This document shows, in pieces, positions 54,777-64,000 of a stretch of DNA of 64,000 bases. Position 1 is the first letter of the stretch; each line of letters starts with the position of its first letter. A program made the translations under genes and the position numbers. Source of the stretch: Octopus vulgaris (taxonomy: Eukaryota); assembly GCA_951406725.2 (NCBI GenBank), contig OX597837.1, positions 27,838,001 through 27,902,000 of the forward strand, given 5' to 3'. The notes beneath the pieces are model-generated. The model was not told the DNA's origin and ran no database searches. It saw nothing but the letters and a program-made list of their open reading frames with translations.

Positions 54777-55560
54777 CTGCAATGAGATGAATTTAATATT
54801 ATGGATGTACATAAGGCGGAGGGCTGACAGGATCGTAAGGCTCAGGCGTGACTGTGAGGCAAGAAGCTTGCTTCCCAACCACATGGTTCCAGGTTCGATC
54901 TTACTGCGTGACACTTTGGGCAAGTGCCTTCTACCGGCCAAAGCCTTGTGAGTGAATTTGGTAAACGAAAATTGAAAGAAGCACGTCGTATATATGTATA
55001 TATTTATGTGAGTGTGTTTTTGTGCCTGTGTTTGTCACAACTTAAAAACTGGTGTTGGTGTGTTTATGTCCACGTGACTTAGCAGTTAGGCGTACTGGGG
55101 TCGATTCGTTCGACTAAAATTCCTCAAGGCGGTGCCCCAGCATGGCCACAGTCAAATGACTCATAGAAGTAAAATATAAAAGATGGAAGGCCACAAACAC
55201 AGAGGATAGACACAACACCACTGTGGGGACACAAAACATAAAACGAATGAGTTACCGTTGCCAACTGACTGACAGTTCACACAGGTCTTTATTTTTTTGG
55301 AATGCGTTATTCCACTTTCAGTCACACGGGGGTATTCAGCATCCTTCAACAACAAGTTCATAAACCCATTCTTCATATTACGTTTTGCACTCCCATTGTG
55401 AAGAACATGATAATGCACAAATAATCGCAACCAACACAAGCAAGATATACATGTAAATACATCGAAGCATGTCCGCCCAACTAGTTTTGCAACGTCGAAG
55501 CACTAAGTATACGAAACCGAAGTTACCTCTTTCAACTCAAACAGGTCTGTTGACAGTAAA

Positions 55561-56075
55561 TCTTTATATATAAAAGTGAAGTTGTGTGAGTGTCTGTCTC
55601 CTACGATTTAGATTCCTAACTACTCCCACATTTTGCGATGCAGTTTAACCAAATTCGGGTATCTTATAGTCGTGATTCATATAGAGCCCGTCTGGGTATT
55701 AGCGCGCGTCTATGATGAGTCTACGATTTTAGAAATAATTTAACATCATTTTTTTATTCCATTTTAATGCATATTTTTTCGTGTGTCGATGGCGGCGGAG
55801 TTGGCGTCCACGCTCACAGCTGCACCTGTGTTGCTTCTCCCCCTTCTTCTCTCCCTCGTGAAGCTGTGGGGAAGGGAGTGTAAGGAAATCAACGTCGTAA
55901 AGCGTTGTCAAGGAGACCAGCATTCTTTTAGAACAACGACTTCATGGCTTGAAGACACCAAAACAGAAATGGCTAAGAAAGCCCGAATTGGCATCTATAA
56001 GGGAAGTAACTCTCTAAAAATGCTTATATAGTTATTTCCCTTACAAATCCGAGCAACGCCGGGCGATACTGCTAG
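55561..56075 (+). mobile_element. Non-autonomous Helitron-like element, same family, opposite orientation
   Basis: A|TC...CTAG|T junctions; highly similar to the reverse complement of 47862-48354. Confidence 0.8.
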
Positions 56076-56552
56076 TATCATATAAGAATGGAAGATGGCA
56101 AGTTCAAGATACTATAGACCAACAATAATGCTTACTTTATCTATATTGACAGAAGCTAAATTAGTGATGTCTAATTACGTAAGGGCAGCTTAAAGGAAAC
56201 AAGGTTTTATTATGGGAAAATGGAAATAATAAAGTTGAGCTGATTTTGCATAAACGGAGAAGGACGATCCCATTCAGGCAGAACAGGTATTATTATACTT
56301 AACAGCCTTGATCACTCAACAAAGTATTTAATTACAAGAACAATTTTTTTCCGATAGATTTCAGTCTCGACAAACTTCTTTTCAAAGTTTGAGACACCGT
56401 CTTCAGATCAACTAGAACCTATTTCGACTGTTACCTTGCATTCACCCCACTTTTATTTATCACAGAATCCTTGCACTTTACCGGCTTTTATAGTGATATA
56501 CCAAATATGGTCATTTAGTCCTCGATTACCTTCTTGGACGGTATTGACTTAA

Positions 56553-56785
56553 AAGGCGGTGAGCTGGCAGAAGCGTTAGCACGCCGGGCGAAATGCTTAG
56601 TGGTATTTCGTCTGCCGCTACGTTCTGAGTTCAAATTCCGCCGAGGTCGACTTTGCCTTTCATCCTTTCGGGGTCGATAAATTAAGTACCAGTTCCGCAC
56701 TGGGGTCGATGTAATCGACTTAATACCTATGTCTGTCCTTGTTTGTCTCCTCTGTGTTTAGCCCCTTGTGGGTAGTAAAGAAATA
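56553..56785 (+). mobile_element. SINE family C (MetaSINE-like central domain) monomer with 13-bp TSD
   Basis: B-box GAGTTCAAATTCC; central GCCTTTCATCCTTTCGGGGTCGATAAATTAAGTACCAG; TSD GGTATTGACTTAA at 56540-56552 and 56786-56798. Confidence 0.88.
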
Positions 56786-56859
56786 GGTATTGACTTAATT
56801 TCACATCAGCAATCTCCACCTCTTCTTATAGGACCTATTTACAGAGAAATTAATACCCT

Positions 56860-57920
56860 TATTTTTTAATGAGAATTTTTAAAGAAAGACGGATTAGTTC
56901 GCGAACGAAGAGGACACCATAAACCACTCCCCTGTGGCGATAAATATACAGGATTGGGTACTCCTGCCGACTTACTGTGGCAAACGTGTGGCCAGAGTAA
57001 GAATTGGCAGAATACCTCCCACCTACGAAATTAAGGAAGCATGGCTGGTAGCTGCAGTTATGCATAGAATGGTAGACGAAGCCAAAATATTGAAGATCGC
57101 AAGAACCAAAAATGTTAACGGGTGGAGTTATGGCCCTTAGATGGCCATACAAGTGAGCCTTAAAAACTTGCATGAGATCACAGAGGAGATTATTTTACCG
57201 GAAGATGTGAGACTAAGGGTGGTGGTGGAAGGCAGACCACCAACATGTTTCCTATGTGGTCAAAAAGGGCACATGAAAGCAAGGTGCCCCCAGAAGGAGG
57301 AAAGAGGCGAGGAGCAGAGGCAGCAGTGTGAAAAACAAAGAGAGAATGTAGAAGTGGCGGACGGAGAAGAAGAAACATTCACCGGCGTAAATAAGAAGAT
57401 GAGGAAGGAGTGTTTAAGCTCCCCACCGGAGAGTCAAAAAAAGATGAAGGAGACAGAGATGGAGGTGACAAGGAGCTGGTTAGGTACACCAGCAGCACCA
57501 ACATTACAAACAACAGGTAACGAGGATGCAGCAGTATCAGTGGAACACGAAATGGAAGACATAAACGTTGAAGAATTTTTAGAAAAACTAAGAGAGGAGT
57601 CAAGAACAGTGTCTCGCCCGGGCGGCCCAGGTCCGTCGATGAAACGATCACGGAGGAAGAACAAGTGGAATGTGGTCACATACGTCAAAAGCACAGCAAT
57701 TGAAAGGAAGATAACAGAATTCAAATCGGTAATACGAGTCAAGTTGCCGCCAGAGAAATGTTCGGACGACATTAAAGCAATTATAATTAACAAGGAAAGA
57801 TACGAGAAACTAAAAGAACTGTTCGGGAGTAATATAGTCCCTTTAGGGGTGGAGATAGAATTTGACGAATTGCCATCAGTCGTTGAATACGAGGATTTGA
57901 AACCATTGATGAACTGTTAA
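56860..57920 (+). mobile_element. Decayed L1/Tx1-like ORF1 (gag-like, CCHC zinc knuckle)
   Basis: VVVEGRPPTCFLCGQKGHMKARCP; in-frame TAGs at 56895 and 57138; no ORF2 follows. Confidence 0.7.
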
Positions 57921-58021
57921 AAAAGTAAGTGAAACTTTAAAAAATGTAGATTTAAAAAAGAAAAAACGATGCTGAAAGGAAAAAAAGGGAGAAAAAGAAA
58001 ACCTTTTTAAAATTGTATATA

Positions 58022-58429
58022 GGCGCAGGAGTGGCTGTGTGGTAAGTAGCTTGCTAACCAACCCACATGGTTCCGGGTTCAGTCCCACTGCGTGGCATCT
58101 TGGGCAAGTGTCTTCTACTATAGCCCCGGGCCGACCAATGCCTCATGAGTGGATTTGGTAGACGGAAACTGAAAGAAGCCCGTCGTATATATGTGTATAT
58201 ATGTATGTGTGTGTGTTTGTGTGTCTGTGTTTGTTCCCCTAGCATTGCTTGACAACCGATGCTGGTGTGTTTACGTCCCCGTCACATAGCGGTTCGGCAA
58301 AAAGAGACCGATAGAATAAGTACTGGTCTTACAAAAAGAATAAGTCCCGGGGTCGAGTTGCTCGACTAAAGGCGGTGCTCCAGCATGGCCGCAGTCAAAT
58401 GACTGAAACAAGTAAAAGAGTAAAAGAGT
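58022..58429 (+). mobile_element. SINE family A, full-length copy
   Basis: GGCGCAGGAGTGGCTGTGTGG head through GTAAAAGAGTAAAAGAG tail. Confidence 0.88.
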
Positions 58430-58717
58430 ATACTAAACAGTTAAATGGTTCTGCTCGAGAGTGGGGTTCAATGCAGCCATTTCGTCATTTATTTTATTAT
58501 TTTTGCATCGTGCATTTTCATTCGTTTTATGTTTTTGTCCCCACTGCGGTGTCCTGTCCTTGTGTTGTCCCCTCTGTGTTAGGGCCGAAGTGTCTAATAA
58601 AGAAACAGGTATTCTTCAGAGTTGCAGATTCCTAATTCTTTGGTGGGGAGTCTTCGTTTTATATTGATCAAGAGGGAGACCATATTTTCTGAATCGTTGT
58701 AATATTATACTTTATCA

Positions 58718-59105
58718 GTGGAGGCGCAACGGCCCAGTGGTTAGGGCAGCAGACTCGCGGTCATAGGATCGCGGTTTCGATTCCCAGACCGGGCGTTGTG
58801 AGTGTTTATTGAGCGAAAACACCTAAAAGCTCCACGAGGCTCCGGCAGGGGATGGTGGTGATCCCTGCTGTACTCTTTCACCACAACTTTCTCTCACTCT
58901 TACTTCCTGTTTCTGTTGTACCTGTATTTCAAGGGGCCGGCCTTGTCACTCTTTGTGTCACGCTGAATATCCCCGAGAACTACGTTAAGGGTGTATGTGT
59001 CTGTGGAGTGCTCAGCCACTTACACGTTAATTTCACGAGCAGGCTGTTCCGTTGATCAGATCAAACGGAACCCTCGTCGTCGTAACCGACGGAGTGCTTC
59101 CATCC
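58718..59105 (+). mobile_element. SINE family B full-length copy with 14-bp TSD
   Basis: ATTATACTTTATCA at 58704-58717 and 59106-59119. Confidence 0.92.
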
Positions 59106-59207
59106 ATTATACTTTATCAAGTTTTTCTGAGATTTGAAATCTTGTTCTTTTGGATTAGCCCTATTTAAAATATGATCCTATTTTTTCTCGATCCTTTGCT
59201 AGGATGT

Positions 59208-59690
59208 GAAGGCGCGTGGCTTAGTGGTTAGGGTGTCAGCATCATGATCGTAAGATTGTGGTTTCGATTCCGAGCTGGCAGAAACGTTAGCACGCTGGGC
59301 GAAATGCTTAGCAGTATTTCGTCTGCCGCTACGTTCTGAGTTCAAATTCCGCCGAGGTCGACTTTGCCTTTCATCCTTTCGGGGTCGATTAAATAAGTAC
59401 CAGTTACGCACTGGGGTCGATATAATCGACTTAATCCGTTTGTCTGTCCTTTGTCCTCTCTGTGTTTAGCCCCTTGTGGGTAGTAAAGAAATAGGTTTCG
59501 ATTCCTTGACCGGGTGACGCGTTGTGTTCTTGAGCAAAACACTTCATTTCACGTTGCTCCAGTCCACTCATCTGGCAAAAATGAGTAACGCTGCGATGGA
59601 CTGGTGTCCCGTCCAGCTGGGGAACACATACACCATAGAAACCGGAAAACCGGGCCCATGAGCCTGACTAGGCTTTAAAAGGGCGCATTT
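59208..59690 (+). mobile_element. SINE family D-related copy interrupted by a family C SINE (59272-59493)
   Basis: 12-bp TSD GGTTTCGATTCC at 59260-59271 and 59494-59505 duplicates the host SINE B-box. Confidence 0.85.
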
Positions 59691-60215
59691 ATTTATTATT
59701 GTTTGGATATCCCAAGTCATTTATTAGCACTTCGTAGTTTTTTGTGAAAGGCTGTGAATTTAATTTTATTTAGAAATGCTTGGTTCCCCTTCCTAAGAAA
59801 TGGATTCTTCCTCAGCCAAAACTGCTCCTTCTTTGCAGGAAATGGACTCTACCTAGCGTTTTATAAGCGTTTTTGCGGTCTTTTTTTTACCATTTTTCAA
59901 AAGTATTTTGTTTTGATTAAATCTGCTTTTACCATTCCACACCTGTTTGGTTTTCATTGCCGTAAGTGGATGGGAAGGTCTTGCTGCGAGGGTTGAAGGC
60001 TGCGGAGGGTGCGATGCTGGGAGGGGTGAGGGTACTGCGAGTAGAGAGGTAGCTATGTGGCTGTTTTTGTGTTAGTTACTGCGATTGGTACTTTCCCATC
60101 TTTGCTGGGAAGATAGAGTGGCGTTTGATTTGATGGGTTTTTTCGGGCCCTAAAACCGGATGTAGCTGAAAAGTCTCTCTCACACACATCTATCTATCTA
60201 TCTATCTATCTATCT

Positions 60216-60291
<76 letters not shown>

Positions 60292-60359
60292 TACAACGCA
60301 AGCACACACACACACGTTAAGATTATTCGAATATCGATGAATAAAGTTGCAATATTTAC

Positions 60360-60524
60360 CTAAAACGTAGTTGGTTTTCCAGACAGGAAGGAAGAATTGG
60401 TGCTCGAAGTATTTTGCCGAAAACGACCACAAGCCATTGAAACAAAACACTAGAATACAATCTCCGATTACTAAGAGAACGAAGATTGGATTGGTCACAA
60501 GGCCTTTCAGTGACGAAGGTAATT
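60360..60524 (-). CDS. OATP/SLCO exon (TM7); more 5' exons must lie beyond the window
   Basis: ttcttgcag acceptor, gtaaat donor, 165 bp. LPSSLKGLVTNPIF...FSAKYFEHQF matches the OATP LxxNPxF..PKYxExQF motifs. Confidence 0.9.
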
Positions 60525-60557
60525 CTGCAAGAAGAAAACAAAGATTATAAAAGAATG

Positions 60558-60595
<38 letters not shown>

Positions 60596-61904
60596 TTATA
60601 TTTATATAATAATTTAAGGATGGAAATTCATAGGGTTTATCATAGGTTTATCAAAGGATCACAACATGTTTCTGCACCACACACGATCATTAGATAACAA
60701 TTTCTCATATTCGTAAGATATCAGTTAAGATTACACTTAATATTTTGATATTATTATGCATATCCACGCCGCCATCTCTTCAGTAATCCGGCCATCTGAA
60801 AAATGCTATGAAAAATAATCGTTATACAAAGGTAAATTACTGTGTGATTGACCGTTATTGCGACAAAAGAGGTATTTGAATAACCGCTAAGTAAGGGGGT
60901 AAAACGTTCATAGTGTTCGCTTAAGCGCGCCTGTTCATACCAACACATGCGCACTCGCACACTCACGTGCGTGCGCCTAAAAGTATACATTCATCTACCC
61001 TCACTTGAAAACGTACACATCCTCAATCTCACCATTCGCCAAATGTATATGTATATACATACAAACCCACACATACACACACACACACGCGCGCACCATA
61101 AAGGTTCATACACACGTCTATACACGTACAAGCACAAGAAAAAACATGGCTAAGGGTAACAATACAGAAAAAGGCATAAGGGAGTATACAAAGAGTAAAC
61201 CACATTTATATAGGTACATACCCTTTCGGTGTTAGAAGGTGGAATGATCTTGCTGTCGCCTCAGGTGTCACAAGGCACAATGAGGACCGGATGAATGAAT
61301 GAATTTATGTATAAGAGTGTACTGTTCCGTCATTAGTGAGATCAGCAATAAAAAAAAAGGACTCCATGAAGCGAGCGATGAATATTATTTTCTGTACACA
61401 TTATTTAAACGTAAGCTATAATAAGTTTGAAGCCTTTTATAGTACTTTATGCGAACGGCCTTGCACAACGTGACGTATTAGAGATTACACATATTGTTTT
61501 TCGAGCCTGAAAGATGGCAGGATAGGACACAGCATGCTATACAAGCTTGTCCGGGTGTTATAATCTCAGAGTCCGAAATCTATAGTTGCTCACGTTTAAA
61601 TCCTTTGCAGGTTCAATGATGTGTATGTGTTAAGTCAGGAACGAAACAGACTCTCGTGTATTAGATAATAGAATGGGCATAATTTTTATATAGTATAATT
61701 TTTATATAGTATAATAAATAACAGTTTGTTGCCACACGGTTTCATGCTGAGAAACTTTGAAGCTGTGAAGTGGTAAATTATCAATCATCGGATGTTGCTC
61801 AAAGGAAAAGAATAATTTGGGTTCGCGCTAAAATTTTCAAATATACCATGTCTGATGATTGTTAATTTACCACTTCACAATTGCCAAATTCTTCAGCATG
61901 TTAA

Positions 61905-61962
<58 letters not shown>

Positions 61963-62193
61963 TGTGTATCTGTATGAATAATGTAAGGCAAGTGGACTAC
62001 GTCATCTCTTTAGTTTTGCTATTTCTCTTTTATTATACCTTTCATATATATATGTATATATGTGTGTGCGCGCGGGGGTGTGTGTGTGTGTGAATATACA
62101 TTTTATCACATCGTAATTAATATATGTATATGTATCCCATGTTCACTGAAAGTTTTAACATCATGTATATATATATATATATATACACACACT

Positions 62194-62285
<92 letters not shown>

Positions 62286-62290
62286 CACAT

Positions 62291-62329
<39 letters not shown>

Positions 62330-62374
62330 CATACATATATATATATATATATACATACATACATACATATATAT

Positions 62375-62444
<70 letters not shown>

Positions 62445-62504
62445 ATACATATATATATATACATACATATATATATATATACATACATATATATATATAC
62501 ATAC

Positions 62505-62688
<184 letters not shown>

Positions 62689-62729
62689 ACAAATAACTGT
62701 TTATATATACTGCATTAGCTTTCTTTCTA

Positions 62730-64000
62730 CTACATTCTATCTTGGTCATTTCCACCGGAGGTGGGAGTTGTTGGTAAACTCTTTTCTGCATAATGACGAT
62801 AATGATGACTACAGTGGGATATTCCCGGTAAAGATCCTTTTTGCAGGGCAACGAATTTGCTACCGGCTGCTCCGAAAGTAAGCACCAGCCTTTCGTGAGG
62901 CATTAGAACTGTAACATGCTTTGCTTCGTTCAAAGATGAACCATCTGTCTGTACCATCGCCGAACACATGTCTTGAAGTAGGTTTTCAGTTTGACACTCC
63001 GTGGTTTTTGTTTCAGCCACTTTTGTAGTAAAAGAAGAAAGAATGTTCTGTTGATCATCAATAAACGTTGGAATTGTAATATCAGTCTGAATATCCTTTT
63101 GATAAAATGTGACATGTTTTTCAGTTAAAATAGTCGTTTCTTCCCCTTGTTGTTGTTGTTTTCTTTCTTCTTCCTCTTCCTCCTGTTCTTGCTCTTGTTG
63201 TTCTACCCATCGTTCTTCCACGACGTCAAGTGACCATGGCGAGTCTGGAGATTGTTTTTGGCTTGAGACTGATATAGCACTTTCCAGCGCAAAGTTATTT
63301 ATAACTAATTCAACCTCTCTATCAATATCAAATTTTTCTTTGCCGTCTGCAATATCAGACCAATGAGCTCTATTCCTGAGCATCTCATCGTAAAGAGGTT
63401 GCAGTTCCTTACTCACTTGAGAAAGAAGTCTATAAACCATTGAACACACCAAATCAATAAAACCAACTTGCATTTTAGGCAATTGGTGTCTTTTCCTGCG
63501 ATCCATCATAGGCATGATATTACGAGTAAAATGGCTCTCCAAATCGCCTTGTTCGAAGAACTCAGTTGCAACTGTAATAGCAGTCTTTCTTTGAACCTCC
63601 CATGGCTTAGTAATACTTGAAAGATCAGACGCAGTCATCATCATGCAAATTAGTAAATCAATACTTTCTTGAGATGACAACGCTTGGTCATCGACTTCTA
63701 ATTTCTGTTTGAAAAGGTACCTTTTCTCAAAGTACATTAGGAGGTCCGTAGCAAGGATTGATTTCTCTATAAGTTTAAGCCCCTGCTGATATTTTTCAAC
63801 TGAGATGTTTCGTAAAATATTTGTTTCTTCATATTTTAATATCATGAGACATCGACTTATATGATGATATTCCATCACAGACGTGTTGTAAAGAATAGCA
63901 AGAGGAGATGCCGTCTTCGCTTGAAACGCATTATCACGTCCTCTATGATCAATATCATGACACAAACAAGCAATCAATAGGCAAATCCGATCAAATTCTG
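62730..64000 (-). CDS. Class I cyclic nucleotide phosphodiesterase (PDE5/6/11-like) catalytic domain plus C-terminal tail; intronless here, 5'-partial
   Basis: [42 protein letters not shown] and MQVGFID (invariant Gln) are present. The frame stays open to the window edge ([15 protein letters not shown]). Confidence 0.93.
   Translation of the reverse strand, partial: EFDRICLLIACLCHDIDHRGRDNAFQAKTASPLAILYNTSVMEYHHISRCLMILKYEETNILRNISVEKYQQGLKLIEKSILATDLLMYFEKRYLFKQKLEVDDQALSSQESIDLLICMMMTASDLSSITKPWEVQRKTAITVATEFFEQGDLESHFTRNIMPMMDRRKRHQLPKMQVGFIDLVCSMVYRLLSQVSKELQPLYDEMLRNRAHWSDIADGKEKFDIDREVELVINNFALESAISVSSQKQSPDSPWSLDVVEERWVEQQEQEQEEEEEERKQQQQGEETTILTEKHVTFYQKDIQTDITIPTFIDDQQNILSSFTTKVAETKTTECQTENLLQDMCSAMVQTDGSSLNEAKHVTVLMPHERLVLTFGAAGSKFVALQKGSLPGISHCSHHYRHYAEKSLPTTPTSGGNDQDRM

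Noticed and set aside
56350-56412. Hammerhead-like CTGAAGA...GAAA on the minus strand (a similar case near 23720-23750)
   Set aside because: Stem II is plausible but stems I and III do not pair; too degenerate to call.
56934-57920. Two in-frame ORFs split by one TAG, considered as A-to-I stop recoding or a domesticated gag gene
   Set aside because: A second in-frame TAG at 56895 indicates ordinary decay of a LINE ORF1; nothing supports editing.
58720-58795. tRNA-like heads as tRNA genes
   Set aside because: They continue into SINE bodies with TSDs and lack a proper acceptor stem.

Overview
Animal genomic DNA that is AT-rich, intron-rich and dense in microsatellites and SINEs. The repeat families look like coleoid cephalopod, most likely Octopus (inference). 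Three host protein-coding units could be built by hand, all on the minus strand. (1) A 9-exon gene (ATG at 22138, running off the left edge) splices in frame through GT-AG introns into signal peptide, 10-Cys domain resembling the LPS-sensing N-terminus of horseshoe-crab Factor C, three CCP/sushi domains and the start of a trypsin-like protease (..CGR..EN|ILGG). It lacks the EGF, LCCL and C-type lectin modules of Factor C. (2) The last six exons of an OATP/SLCO transporter (60524 to 45238). (3) An uninterrupted >1.27 kb PDE5/6/11-type phosphodiesterase ORF (62730 to the right edge) that appears to sit inside an OATP intron on the same strand and looks like a retrogene. The rest is repeat: four tRNA-derived SINE families, a decayed Neptune-type Penelope element, R4/Dong, CR1-group and Tx1/L1 fragments, mariner/pogo remnants, Merlin-like MITEs and Helitron-like elements. 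The main non-coding signal is more than ten type I hammerhead ribozyme motifs with palindromic stem III, several with a complete core, in short elements inserted in (TA)n tracts. Two intact ones lie in the sense orientation in introns of the Factor C-like gene. Most ORFs in the supplied track are microsatellite artefacts. Family assignments come from motif recognition, not database searches.
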